Source of the DNA: an uncultured Candidatus Saccharibacteria bacterium
GTDB lineage: Bacteria; Patescibacteriota; Minisyncoccia; Minisyncoccales; JAGGSE01
Direction of reading: 5' to 3'
Assembly (NCBI GenBank): GCA_964591195.1
Contig: CAZPZY010000001.1
Coordinates: 7,111-71,110, forward strand
DNA length: 64,000 nt
Shown piece by piece: positions 10,049 through 20,173 of the stretch. The notes under the pieces were generated by a model. The model saw only the letters and a list, made by a program, of their open reading frames with translations. It did no database searches and was not told the DNA's origin. A program made the translations under genes and the position numbers. Each line of letters opens with the position of its first letter. Positions within the stretch are counted from its first letter, which is position 1.

Positions 10049-11311
10049 ATGGAACTAAAGAATCTAATTAAAAAATTTGTTCCCTCCCCCTTGCTCAATT
10101 TTTATCATCTTTCCCTTTCTTTCTTAGGAGCGGTCTTTTATGGATTTCCCTCCCGGAAATTAAGGGTTATCGGCGTGACAGGGACAAATGGAAAAACAAC
10201 AACAACTGAAATGATAACAAAAATCCTTGAGGATAACGGATTTGGGGTTGCCCTGGCTAACTCAATCCGCTTCAAAATCAAGGAAAAAGAAGAAAAAAAT
10301 GAATTAAGAATGACAATGCCGGGAAGGGCATTCCTCCAAAAATTTTTGAGAAAGGCAGTAAAAGAAAAATGCCAATATGCTGTTTTAGAAGTAACCTCGG
10401 AAGGAATTATCCAATACAGGCATAAATTCATTGATTTTGACGCTGCCATTCTTACCAATTTAAGCCCGGAACATATAGAAAGGCATGCTGGATTTGAAAA
10501 CTACAAAAGAGCGAAGGCAGAATTGTTTCAGGCAACAAAAAATATCCATATCATAAATTTAGATGATAAAAACGCCGACTACTTTCTCCAGTTTCGGGCA
10601 AAAGAAAAATATCTCTATAGAAAAGTCAATGGCAAAGAGCCAATGGCAAAGATTGAAATTCAAAAAGAAGGATTTTCCAAGACCCTAAAATTTCCCCTTT
10701 CCCTAAACCTGCTGGGAGATTTCAACATCTACAACGCTTTAGCCGCTGTCTGCCTTGGCTTGTCTCAGGGGATTGATCTAGCAAAATGCAAAAGGTCATT
10801 GGCCTCTTTCAGGGGCGTAGAGGGAAGAATGGAGGAGGTAATTTCTGAACCCTTTAGGGCAATTGTTGACTATGCCTTTACCCCCAATGCCTTAGAAAAG
10901 GTTTATCAGACACTTGTCAATAGGTTCATAAAACAAACAAACGCCCAACTAATCTGCGTTTTGGGCGCCTGTGGTGGGGGAAGAGACAAATGGAAAAGAC
11001 CTGTCCTAGGGAAAATAGCCGCCAAATACTGCAATAAGGTCATTCTTACCAATGAAGACCCTTATGACGAAGACCCAATGGAAATTATAAACCAGGTGGC
11101 TGAAGGAACCCAGAGCCAGCAGAGCAAATCAGTTTATAAAATTTTAGACCGGCGTGAGGCAATCAAAAAATCATTGCAACTGGCAAAAAAGGGCGATGTA
11201 ATAATAATCACGGGCAAGGGGTGCGAACCCTCAATTTGTTTGGCACAAGGAAAAAAGATTCCTTGGGATGACAGAAGGGTCCTCAGAGAAGAGTTTGAAA
11301 AAAATCTATGA
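10049..11311 (+). CDS. murE: UDP-MurNAc-tripeptide synthetase (MurE-like Mur ligase)
   Basis: GVTGTNGKTTT, LEVTSEG, TNLSPEHIERH, VDYAFTP, GGGRDKWKRP, NEDPYDE. Confidence 0.92.
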   Translation: MELKNLIKKFVPSPLLNFYHLSLSFLGAVFYGFPSRKLRVIGVTGTNGKTTTTEMITKILEDNGFGVALANSIRFKIKEKEEKNELRMTMPGRAFLQKFLRKAVKEKCQYAVLEVTSEGIIQYRHKFIDFDAAILTNLSPEHIERHAGFENYKRAKAELFQATKNIHIINLDDKNADYFLQFRAKEKYLYRKVNGKEPMAKIEIQKEGFSKTLKFPLSLNLLGDFNIYNALAAVCLGLSQGIDLAKCKRSLASFRGVEGRMEEVISEPFRAIVDYAFTPNALEKVYQTLVNRFIKQTNAQLICVLGACGGGRDKWKRPVLGKIAAKYCNKVILTNEDPYDEDPMEIINQVAEGTQSQQSKSVYKILDRREAIKKSLQLAKKGDVIIITGKGCEPSICLAQGKKIPWDDRRVLREEFEKNL

Positions 11312-11712
11312 AAAAATTTGAAATACTGGAACACGAGGCAGACCTGAAAATCAGGGTGCTTGGAAAAAGCAAAAAAGAACTCTTTAAAAACGCAATGATT
11401 GGAATGGAAAGTGTTCTTCGGCCAGAGGGTAAAGGTCCAAAATCAGAACCAAAAGAAATAAAGATAAAATCTAATGACCTAAATTCCCTTTTGGTTGATT
11501 TTTTATCGGAAATCAATTATCTAAATGAAGTAAACAAAGAAATCTATAATAAAATAAAATTTGCTAAATTTTCTGATAAGGAATTGGAAGGGGAACTCTC
11601 CGGCTACAAGGTCGAAGGTTTTGGATTGGTCATAAAGGGGGCAACCTATCATAACTTAGAGATTAAGCAAAAAAATAAAATCTGGCAGGCAACAATTTTA
11701 TTTGATATATGA
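11308..11712 (+). CDS. Archease
   Basis: N-terminal EHEAD, IKGATYH and C-terminal FDI. Translationally coupled to rtcB. Confidence 0.93.
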   Translation: MKKFEILEHEADLKIRVLGKSKKELFKNAMIGMESVLRPEGKGPKSEPKEIKIKSNDLNSLLVDFLSEINYLNEVNKEIYNKIKFAKFSDKELEGELSGYKVEGFGLVIKGATYHNLEIKQKNKIWQATILFDI

Positions 11713-13151
11713 TTTCCAAAAAAACTTTCAAGAAAATAAATGACTATCTATGGGAGATTCCGAAATCCTTTAGGCCGGATATGAGGGTCCCGGCAAGGAT
11801 CTATGTTTCTGAAAAGATGTTGGAAAGTTGCTTTAAGGACGAGTCAATTGCTCAGCTTATTAATACCGCTACCCTTCCCGGAGCTGTAAAATATGCGATT
11901 GCTATGCCGGATATCCACGAAGGGTATGGTATGCCCATTGGAGGAGTAGTGGCTACAAAGTATCCAGAAGGAGCAATTTCGCCAGGGGGAGTAGGAATGG
12001 ATGAAAACTGTGGGGTAAGATTGTTAAAATCGGAATATACTGAAAAAGAAATTAACCCCTATTTAGACAAACTGGCAACAGAAATTCAAAAAGAGGTTCC
12101 CTCGGGACTAGGGAGAGGGAGAAAGATTAAATTATCGATTGAACAAATTAACAAAATTTTAGAAGGTGGTGTTCCTTATTTGGTTGAAAAGGGTTATGGA
12201 GAAAAAGAAGATATTGAAAATTGCGAGCATCAGGGAAGAATGGAAATGGCAGATGAGAATTGTGTTTCTGAAAAAGCAAAAAACCGGGGAAGAGATCAGG
12301 TAGGGACTCTTGGGAGCGGAAATCATTTTTGCGAAGTTCAAAAAGTTGAGGAAATTTTTGATGAGGAAGTTGCTAAAATCTTTGGATTATTTAAAGATCA
12401 AGTTGTAGTAATGATCCATACCGGTTCTCGCGGTCTTGGCCATCAAAATTGCACTGATTATTTAAGAATTTTAATGCCAATTTATCCGAAATATGGAATA
12501 AAATTGCCGGATAAAGAACTTTGCTGTGTTCCCTTTAATTCTCCTGAAGGTCAAAGATTTTTTAGGGCAATGTCTGCTGCTTGCAATTTTGCTTGGGCGA
12601 ATAGACATATGATAACCCATTATGTTAGAAAGGCATGGCAAAAAGTTTTAGGAAAAAATGTTAAATTAAAATTACTTTATGATGTCGCTCACAATATTGC
12701 CAAAATTGAAGAGCATAATATTGATGCTAAAAAAATGAAATTAATTGTTCATCGCAAAGGAGCCACTCGGGCTTTTCCACCAGGTCATCCAGAACTGCCA
12801 GAAAAATATAAAGAAACTGGACAGCCGGTTTTGACTCCGGGCTCAATGGGAACGGCTTCCTATGTCTTAGTCGGAACAGAAAAATCAAGAGAGGCATTTT
12901 ATACTGTCAATCATGGAGCAGGCCGTACCATGTCCCGGCACAGGGCAATGAAGACCACCTCTGGGCAGAGAGTAATCAACCAGTTGAAATTAAAGGGAAT
13001 TGTGGTAAAATGTCATTCAATGAGGGGAATTGCCGAAGAGGCCCCCTTGGCTTATAAAGATATTGAGGAAGTAATAGAGGTCGTCAACAATGCCAATTTA
13101 GCCAAAAAGGTAGCAAAATTATCTCCCCTTGCGGTAATCAAGGGGGAGTAA
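11709..13151 (+). CDS. rtcB: RtcB RNA ligase (3'-phosphate/5'-OH)
   Basis: MPDIHEGYG, GMDENCGVR, GTLGSGNHF, HTGSRGLGH, DVAHNIAK, HRKGATR, NHGAGR, EEAPLAYK. Confidence 0.97.
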   Translation: MISKKTFKKINDYLWEIPKSFRPDMRVPARIYVSEKMLESCFKDESIAQLINTATLPGAVKYAIAMPDIHEGYGMPIGGVVATKYPEGAISPGGVGMDENCGVRLLKSEYTEKEINPYLDKLATEIQKEVPSGLGRGRKIKLSIEQINKILEGGVPYLVEKGYGEKEDIENCEHQGRMEMADENCVSEKAKNRGRDQVGTLGSGNHFCEVQKVEEIFDEEVAKIFGLFKDQVVVMIHTGSRGLGHQNCTDYLRILMPIYPKYGIKLPDKELCCVPFNSPEGQRFFRAMSAACNFAWANRHMITHYVRKAWQKVLGKNVKLKLLYDVAHNIAKIEEHNIDAKKMKLIVHRKGATRAFPPGHPELPEKYKETGQPVLTPGSMGTASYVLVGTEKSREAFYTVNHGAGRTMSRHRAMKTTSGQRVINQLKLKGIVVKCHSMRGIAEEAPLAYKDIEEVIEVVNNANLAKKVAKLSPLAVIKGE

Positions 13152-13156
13152 AAACT

Positions 13157-14962
13157 ATGAAAAAAATATTCTCTATACTCGTCCTCATCGGTCTGGTAGC
13201 AGGTTTGTCTTCAGAGCCCGTTAATATCTGGGCAAGGAAAGAAATTGGAGGAAAAGAAATAAAAGAAAAGGTAGAGAATCTAATTCCTCATCAGCCAGAA
13301 GAAAAGTCAGAAGGAGGAAAAATCTCTTCCACCTCAAGGAAAAAGGTAGTGAAGGATATTGCTCCAGAGTTCCAATTTATCCAACCCAAAACAGGAGAAA
13401 AACTAAAGGGAAAATTTGAGATAAAAGGCAGGGTAAAAGACGCTGATTCAGTTGAAATCTATTACCAATTGTCAGGAGCAATCCTTCCTGTTTATCTAGG
13501 AAAAGCCCAATCAAAGGAAAAGGATATCTGGAAATACTCTTGGGACACAAATCTGTCTCCCAATGGCAACTACGAACTTTTTGTAAAAATTAACAACAAA
13601 TATGGCGAATATGAAAGTTCAAGAATTAATATTGAAATTGAAAATGAAGTTCCTCATGACCAAGAAAAAGAAAACAAACTAAAAGAAGAGATATCCCAGG
13701 CAAGCCATGAAATTGAAAAACAAGAAGAAGAAATATCCACAGCAAAGAAGGAAATAAAAAAGAAGATAACAGAAGAAATTAAAAAGGTAGCGGAGGAAGC
13801 AAAGAGGGCCATCCCTGAAGAAAAAAAGAAAATTATAGAATCAGAAGTTGACAAAAGCGTTCAAGAAGCAAGTAAGGTAGTGGCAGAAAGCATAGAAGAA
13901 CTGGCCAAAAAAACCGAGGAAGAAAAGATAACCGAAGAAGAAATAACCAAAAAGGAAAAAGAGAAAGAAAAAATAGACAATAAAATTAAATCTGTTCAGA
14001 AAAAATTGGAAACCTCGCCAGCAACAACCTCTAAAAAGATAATAAAAGAGGTATTGAAAAGCCATCAGAAGGAAAAAGAAAAAATCGATAAACAGTTAGA
14101 GATGGCCAAAAACAAATTAGGCGAAATTAAAAAAGAGAAAGAGAAAAAGATAAACGAAATAATAAAGACAATTGACAATGTCTCAAAGCCATTAGAGGCA
14201 GTTCAGCCGACAAGCACAGTTTTTAGAACCAAAAAGGCGGCTAAGATAAAAATCAATCCCCTTCTAAAAAATTTAGAGGAGAAGGTTGAGAAAAAAACAG
14301 CAGAAAAAATTAAAAAGCAGACGATATTGGTTAGGGATTCAGATAATGATGGGCTCTCGGATAAAGAAGAGATAGCAATAGGAACCAACCCCTTTAATCC
14401 TGACTCGGATAGAGACGGCTTCTTGGACGGAGACGAATATGTGGCAGGTTTTAATCCATTAAAGCCGGGACCAGCCGGAAAAATTGTCTATCAGAATCCA
14501 AAAAGGGTTCTGCCCCAAAAAACTGATATCTATAGGGTAGAGAGGGTAGAAACGGTTGCTTTGCCCCATGGAGGAAAGGGATTAAAATTCAGCGGGAGGG
14601 GCTTGCCAAACTCTTTTATTACCTTGTTTATTTTCTCAAAACCGATAGTGGTTGTAGTCAAAACAGATAGTAGTGGTCATTGGGAGTACACCCTAGACAA
14701 GCCCTTAAGTGATGGCCAACACACTGTTTATGCTACGCTGACTGACAACCAAGGGCAAATCAAGGCACGTTCTGAAACATTTGTCTTCGTCAAAAAAGGA
14801 GAAAATGTCTTCAGAATTCTTGAAACCCCTGCTGAAGCGGTCTCACCTGTTGAAAAATTAAAAGGCCCTTTTACTATCTTAATTCTTTCTATTGTTATAT
14901 TATGCCTAACAATCGCCCTTATTATAATTGATATTTTAGCCAGGAAGAGGAGAAATGTTTAG
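13157..14962 (+). CDS. Surface protein: signal peptide, Ig-like domain, long coiled coil, Ca-binding TSP3-like repeats, Ig-like domain, C-terminal TM anchor
   Basis: Hydrophobic N-terminus, WDTxxxxNGxYEL, K/E-rich heptads, DSDNDGLSD and DSDRDGFLD, GxWxYT..LSDGQHTVY, C-terminal hydrophobic helix followed by RKRR. Confidence 0.75.
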   Translation: MKKIFSILVLIGLVAGLSSEPVNIWARKEIGGKEIKEKVENLIPHQPEEKSEGGKISSTSRKKVVKDIAPEFQFIQPKTGEKLKGKFEIKGRVKDADSVEIYYQLSGAILPVYLGKAQSKEKDIWKYSWDTNLSPNGNYELFVKINNKYGEYESSRINIEIENEVPHDQEKENKLKEEISQASHEIEKQEEEISTAKKEIKKKITEEIKKVAEEAKRAIPEEKKKIIESEVDKSVQEASKVVAESIEELAKKTEEEKITEEEITKKEKEKEKIDNKIKSVQKKLETSPATTSKKIIKEVLKSHQKEKEKIDKQLEMAKNKLGEIKKEKEKKINEIIKTIDNVSKPLEAVQPTSTVFRTKKAAKIKINPLLKNLEEKVEKKTAEKIKKQTILVRDSDNDGLSDKEEIAIGTNPFNPDSDRDGFLDGDEYVAGFNPLKPGPAGKIVYQNPKRVLPQKTDIYRVERVETVALPHGGKGLKFSGRGLPNSFITLFIFSKPIVVVVKTDSSGHWEYTLDKPLSDGQHTVYATLTDNQGQIKARSETFVFVKKGENVFRILETPAEAVSPVEKLKGPFTILILSIVILCLTIALIIIDILARKRRNV

Positions 14963-16286
14963 GTTTCTTAAATTCATAAAAACCTATCCTGGAATTCTAT
15001 ATTCTCTTTTTTTAATTATCTTTATTCCGCTTGCCTTCTACCTCGTTACCCTCTTTAGTGTCAATGCCTTTCAGAAAAACATCAACACCGTCCTTCAAAC
15101 AAAAGCCATTTTGGCAGAAAACATCATTAATGTCTTTAGCCCCGGTCTTCTTTCTCAACCGGAGGCTCTAGAAAGAAAAATTGAGCAGATCACAAAAGAA
15201 AATCCTGAAATCAAGAAACTCCGCTTTATAAAGCAGGAAAATGGAGAATTTAAAATTATTGCCTCTCAGGACCCCAAAGAAACAGGGGCATTCATTTCCG
15301 ATCCCTCCTTGGCTATAAGCTGGTCTCAAGGCCAAGCCATAGCCAAGAAGATAGAGATAAACGGCACAAGGTTTTGGAGTGTTAATAAACCAATTTTTGA
15401 TCCCCAAACAGGAAAAAAAATAGGCATTGTCTCTCTGGCTCTTTCTTTGGAACAATCCGACCTTTTAATCACCCGCTTAATTCATATCAGTTATGCCATT
15501 GTTATTATTGCCAATGTCCTCATCCTCTTTCTTATCCTCCAGCATACCCGACTCTTTTCCTATGTAGCCCTCTACAAAAAACTTCAGGAACTTGACAAAA
15601 TGAAGGATGAGTTTATTAGAATGGCAACCCACGAACTTCGCAGTCCTATTATAAACATCAGGGGTTATATTGAAGTTCTGAGGGAAAAAATTGAGCCCTC
15701 CCTGGATGAAGAAGAGAAAGAATATCTGCGGAGGATTGATATCTCAGCAAAAAACCTGGGCAATCTTATTGACGACATTCTCCAGGTTTCCAGAATCCAG
15801 CAGGGCCGACTGGATATCACTCCAAAAAGGATTCAGCCGGAGATTGTTATCAAGGAGGTAATCAAAGAGTTGGAACTGAAGGCCCAGAAAAAGGGCCTGA
15901 AATTAGTCTTTCAGCCCCAAGAGGAACCCCTTTATATTATGGCAAACCCCAACCGACTGCGGGAGATTATCTTCAATCTTGTCAATAATGCCATCAAATA
16001 TACGCCCAAGGGATGGGTAAAACTTGAAACCCAGGCAGACAAGATAAGAAAAAAATACCGCATCTCTGTAGCGGATACTGGGCTAGGCATCTCGGCTCAA
16101 GCCCAAACAAAACTTTTCCAAAAGTTCTACCGGGTTAGAACCAGGGAAACAGCCGATATTCCAGGAACCGGGCTGGGGCTGTGGATTAGCAAAGAACTCT
16201 GCCAAAAAATGGGCGGACAGATATTCTTAGAAAGCATGGAAGGAAAGGGCTCAAAGTTCACCCTTATCTTTCCCTTAGCCTCTTGA
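14955..16286 (+). CDS. Membrane sensor histidine kinase
   Basis: Two TM segments, ATHELRSP H-box, NLVNNAIKY N-box, DTGLG, GTGLGL, GKGSKF. Confidence 0.93.
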   Translation: MFRFLKFIKTYPGILYSLFLIIFIPLAFYLVTLFSVNAFQKNINTVLQTKAILAENIINVFSPGLLSQPEALERKIEQITKENPEIKKLRFIKQENGEFKIIASQDPKETGAFISDPSLAISWSQGQAIAKKIEINGTRFWSVNKPIFDPQTGKKIGIVSLALSLEQSDLLITRLIHISYAIVIIANVLILFLILQHTRLFSYVALYKKLQELDKMKDEFIRMATHELRSPIINIRGYIEVLREKIEPSLDEEEKEYLRRIDISAKNLGNLIDDILQVSRIQQGRLDITPKRIQPEIVIKEVIKELELKAQKKGLKLVFQPQEEPLYIMANPNRLREIIFNLVNNAIKYTPKGWVKLETQADKIRKKYRISVADTGLGISAQAQTKLFQKFYRVRTRETADIPGTGLGLWISKELCQKMGGQIFLESMEGKGSKFTLIFPLAS

Positions 16287-16320
16287 GCGAAATCAAAGCA
16301 AATGTGGCTAAAAATCTAAT

Positions 16321-16457
16321 TTGGCAGGGATGGTAAGCCAAGGTTTGATGGGATAGTTCTATTTAAAGTATCAGAAACAAACCCCTGTTTAGACCTACGA
16401 TATTAACCATTGATACTCCCAGACCTTGCTATCCCGAGAAACTGCTAATACGTAGGT
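16321..16457. ncRNA. Candidate structured intergenic RNA (unassigned)
   Basis: Nested helices TTGGCAG/CTGCTAA, GGGATGGT/GCTATCCC, CAAGGTTTG/CAGACCTTG and GTATCAG/TTGATAC, plus ACCTACG/CGTAGGT. G-U pairs favour the + strand. Confidence 0.35.
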
Positions 16458-16494
16458 GTTGCAACATTTTCTTATCTATGGTATCCTAAAGGAT

Positions 16495-16767
16495 ATGCCT
16501 ATTACCAAATCGGCCAAAAAAGCCCTGAGGCAAAATCTAAAAAGAAGGGCAAGAAACCGTGAGAAGAAAAGGAAGATAAAAGCCCTGATTAAACAGGCAA
16601 AGGATTTTATTCAACTAAAAAAAACTGAACAGGCAAAAAAACTGCTGCCGATGATATATAAGTCCATAGACAAGGCAGCAAAGACCGGGGTTCTCAAAAA
16701 AAATGCCGCAAGCAGAAAAAAGGCAAAGATAGCCAAACTAATAAACAAAGAAACTAAATCTCTGTAA
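16495..16767 (+). CDS. rpsT: 30S ribosomal protein S20
   Basis: MPITKSAKKALRQ, IDKAAK, KNAASRKK. Promoter TTGCAA-17-TATCCT immediately upstream. Confidence 0.96.
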   Translation: MPITKSAKKALRQNLKRRARNREKKRKIKALIKQAKDFIQLKKTEQAKKLLPMIYKSIDKAAKTGVLKKNAASRKKAKIAKLINKETKSL

Positions 16768-17680
16768 CAAGCAAATCAAGACCAAGTTCAGGATTCATTT
16801 TTCCGCTTTTAATCTCAAGGTCTAATTCAAACAACCTTCGGTAAATCCTTTTTAACTGGCCCGAGGTAAATTTCCTCAAAAGGGGAAGGGTTTTTTTGAT
16901 TACATAAGGATGAATCCCGCTTGAGTAGGGGGAGAACCCCCTTTCAAGAAGGTCCTTAACAACCAAAAGGTTGCGAAATTGAAAATCAATCATTGAGAAT
17001 AAATAAAATGGAGATTCCCCCGAGTTTAGATGCGCCCTTATCAAGCCAAGGGCTGTTTTTCTATCTTTTTTGGCTATGGCATTGATGGTCTTAAAAATAT
17101 CGCTTTCTATTTTTGGCTTCACCAATGCCCGAACATCCTCTTCTTCTACAACAGAGTTTTTTCCTTTATAAGAGGATAATTTCCTGATTTCATTTGTCAT
17201 CCGCCAGGTGTCAGGACCCACAAAATCAATAAGTTGGCTCAATGCCCTTTGTTGAATTTTAACCCTGTATCGGGAAAATTCAGAGATTATCCATCTTTCC
17301 AGTTGTCTGCCTTTTAAGAAATCAAACTCTTGACTCCTTGAATTTTCAAGAAGAAATTTAAAAAATCTGTCTTTTTTCTCTATCTTCCTTGCTTCATAAA
17401 TCAAAATGGTGGCATTGGAAGACAAAATCCTCTTTTTGTTCTTGATAAACAAATCCTTGAATTCCTGATTTGAGAAAACGCCTTCTAAAATGAACAACCT
17501 TTTTTCTCCAAATATTGTGCCGGTTTCAATCTCCTGCCGAAAACTCCTAAAATCTAAATCCCTGCCTTCAAGGCGTCTTAATCCCGAGCCCTCCTTATGA
17601 ACCTCTTTATACCGGGCAATAAATTCATTCAACTTCCGCCGGCTTCTATAGGTATCTTGCCCATAGAGGAAAATAATCAT
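16754..17680 (-). CDS. holA: DNA polymerase III delta subunit
   Basis: MIIFLYGQD, NEIRKL, DIFK, IHPYV, LDLEIKSG. Convergent with rpsT, the usual arrangement. Confidence 0.9.
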   Translation of the reverse strand: MIIFLYGQDTYRSRRKLNEFIARYKEVHKEGSGLRRLEGRDLDFRSFRQEIETGTIFGEKRLFILEGVFSNQEFKDLFIKNKKRILSSNATILIYEARKIEKKDRFFKFLLENSRSQEFDFLKGRQLERWIISEFSRYRVKIQQRALSQLIDFVGPDTWRMTNEIRKLSSYKGKNSVVEEEDVRALVKPKIESDIFKTINAIAKKDRKTALGLIRAHLNSGESPFYLFSMIDFQFRNLLVVKDLLERGFSPYSSGIHPYVIKKTLPLLRKFTSGQLKRIYRRLFELDLEIKSGKMNPELGLDLLVTEI

Positions 17681-19275
17681 ATATCTAAAAGTTTAAGAAT
17701 TTTTTCTCTGTCTGCCAGCCACAGAAAGGTTGCCAGGCGTGGGCCCCTATCTTTGCCAAACAAGAGATTGTAAATATCCTTAAAAAACGCTCTCTGAGAC
17801 AGGGTAATTTTTTTTGGATCAAGCCCTGGCTCTTTAGGAATCTCATAGAGTATTTTTTTTAATTCCTCTACTGAGGAAGTGCCTGTCTCAATCCTCTCTC
17901 TTAATCTTCTTATCTGCTCTATTGATTTGAGGCTCATTTTTTTGAGATATTCTTGGTTAGGGTTTTCCAATAAAGAAAACCCTTGTTCAGGATTATATCT
18001 TTGAAGCCAGTTCCTGGCTCTTTTCAAACGAGACCTAACAGATTCCTTATCGTAGGCAATCCCCAATTTTTCCAATAATCTAATTGTCTTTTCTTGGTCC
18101 CATTGGGCAATCTGGCCCAGGGCGACCGCCTGACGAAAAGGAATTGGGTGTTTGTAAAATTTTTCCTTTTCAATGCTTAATTCTAAAGCCTGCCGACGTT
18201 CTAAATTAAGGACATTCTGTTGATACCTTTCAACCTCACTATCAAACTCATCATATTGGCGGTAGATCTCGCTGTCAAAAGCCAAGGTAAAAACACTGCT
18301 AGGCGATCTTCTTAAATACATCCATTTTAACAGGGAGGGCTCGTATATTTCCAAAAGTTGAAGCGGGGATACGGCATTGCCCTTTGAACTGGACATCTTT
18401 CCTTTCAGCCCCCGTAAGCCAATGAATTGGTAGCCGGCAAAAACAGGAGCCCTAATACCAAAAACCTCCCTGGCTATCACCTTAGAGACATCATAGCTCC
18501 CACCGGGAGAGGCATGATCAGCCCCTCCGGGCTCAAAAACCACTCCCTCTGCCATCCAGCGCATTGCCCAATCGGTTTTCCAAGCCAACTTTACTATATG
18601 TTCTTTGGTTATATCAATTTCATCAATCCTATTTGTCTTAAGACACTGATACCTTATTTTTGTCCTGCCATCATAAGCCAAGATTTTAACATTATCCTTG
18701 CCACTAAAGCGCGAATAAATAGAAATTGGATAATAGTTTTTTATGAACTCTTTAGGATCTATTCCCTTTTCTCTTTTTGCCTTCTCTGACATAAAGGAAA
18801 GAAGTATTTGGGCAATTTTTTGACGGGAATTTAATGCCTGAATAATAAACTGGTCATAACGGCCCGATTTGTATTCTTTGGTCTGATAACGATACTCAAG
18901 ATTTATCTCCAACTCAACCATTGCTCTCTCAAACTCTTTCTCAAATCTTTCTGCCCAGGAGTTATATTTTCCATCGGGGTCTGGAACAGAACTCAGGGGC
19001 GCCCCGATATATTTTTTGAAAGAATCATCTACCTCTGGAGGGACCCTCCGAAAGCGGTCAAAGTCATCCCAAGAAAAAATGAAACGGACCTTTTTGCCCT
19101 CTCTTTGAAGTTGTTTAGCCACAGCAAGGGAGGTCATTACATCGCGAAAGTTGCCAAAATGGACCGTTCCAGAGGGGGTAATTCCAGCGGCACAAACATA
19201 AACCTTCCTTGCAGGAAATTTTTTAAGAACCAATTTTGCAATTATTCTACTCCAATGCTGGCTATTGTCTTCCAT
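17677..19275 (-). CDS. lysS: Class I lysyl-tRNA synthetase
   Basis: GITPSGTVHFGN, KLAWKTDWAMRW, FEPGGADH, KMSSSKG, GPRL. Start MEDNSQHW at 19275. Confidence 0.95.
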   Translation of the reverse strand: MEDNSQHWSRIIAKLVLKKFPARKVYVCAAGITPSGTVHFGNFRDVMTSLAVAKQLQREGKKVRFIFSWDDFDRFRRVPPEVDDSFKKYIGAPLSSVPDPDGKYNSWAERFEKEFERAMVELEINLEYRYQTKEYKSGRYDQFIIQALNSRQKIAQILLSFMSEKAKREKGIDPKEFIKNYYPISIYSRFSGKDNVKILAYDGRTKIRYQCLKTNRIDEIDITKEHIVKLAWKTDWAMRWMAEGVVFEPGGADHASPGGSYDVSKVIAREVFGIRAPVFAGYQFIGLRGLKGKMSSSKGNAVSPLQLLEIYEPSLLKWMYLRRSPSSVFTLAFDSEIYRQYDEFDSEVERYQQNVLNLERRQALELSIEKEKFYKHPIPFRQAVALGQIAQWDQEKTIRLLEKLGIAYDKESVRSRLKRARNWLQRYNPEQGFSLLENPNQEYLKKMSLKSIEQIRRLRERIETGTSSVEELKKILYEIPKEPGLDPKKITLSQRAFFKDIYNLLFGKDRGPRLATFLWLADREKILKLLDI

Positions 19276-19277
19276 AA

Positions 19278-20159
19278 TTATTTTTGGCATTTGGGGCAAA
19301 AATGAGCGGAGCGCCCTCCGATTTTCTGACGCTTGATTATGGCACCACATCTTGGACACCTTTGTCCCTCTTTCCGGTAAACCTTTATTACCCTGTCAAA
19401 CCCTCCCTTAGCGCCCCAGGGCAGGCGATAGTCAGAAACAGAGGCACCTTGAAGTTTTATTCCCAGAGATAAAATTTTCTTCATTGCTGAATAAATCTCC
19501 TTTAGTTCCTTTTCATTTAATTCCCTTATCTTCCTAAAGGGATTAATTCTCGCCTCAAATAAAATCTCATCAGAATAGATATTGCCAATTCCGGCAATTA
19601 CACCTTGGTCCATTAACACCTGTTTAATCGCTTTATTTTTCTTTTTCAAAACACCTTCCTTGAACTTCTCAAAGGTAAAACTTTTGTCTAATGGTTCCGG
19701 ACCCAGAGAACCTAATTCCTTTTTCAGTTCCTCTTCACTTAAGACCTCTAACTTGGCAAATTTTCTTAAATCAGAGAGGGCTAATTGCTTCCCGTTATCT
19801 AAATAAAATATCAGGTGTAAAAACCTGTTCATCGGGTCCTCGGTCAAAGGACCTTTAACAAGAGCCTGCCATTTATTGTCTTGCCGTTTCCATTCTCCCA
19901 AAAGCAGATGACCTGTTAATTTTTGGTGGATTAGGAGATTTTTACCAGAGGACAACCCAAAAATAATATTTTTTCCTCTCCGCCAAATTTTTTTAATTTT
20001 CTTGCCCTTGATCTCCTTTTTGAACTGAAGAAGGTCTTTGGGCTTTTTAATAAGCGAGGGGCTGTCAGTCCAAATGTCTAAAAAAACAGCCCCTAATATC
20101 CGGGGTCTGGTTTTCTTTAATATATTAATAGTAGTTTCCACCTCAGGAAGCTCAGGCAT
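19278..20159 (-). CDS. mutM: Formamidopyrimidine-DNA glycosylase
   Basis: MPELPEVET, RRGKN, GIGNIYSDE and C-terminal zinc finger CPRC...CPKCQ. Confidence 0.97.
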   Translation of the reverse strand: MPELPEVETTINILKKTRPRILGAVFLDIWTDSPSLIKKPKDLLQFKKEIKGKKIKKIWRRGKNIIFGLSSGKNLLIHQKLTGHLLLGEWKRQDNKWQALVKGPLTEDPMNRFLHLIFYLDNGKQLALSDLRKFAKLEVLSEEELKKELGSLGPEPLDKSFTFEKFKEGVLKKKNKAIKQVLMDQGVIAGIGNIYSDEILFEARINPFRKIRELNEKELKEIYSAMKKILSLGIKLQGASVSDYRLPWGAKGGFDRVIKVYRKEGQRCPRCGAIIKRQKIGGRSAHFCPKCQK

Positions 20160-20173
20160 TTACAACTGTAAAA

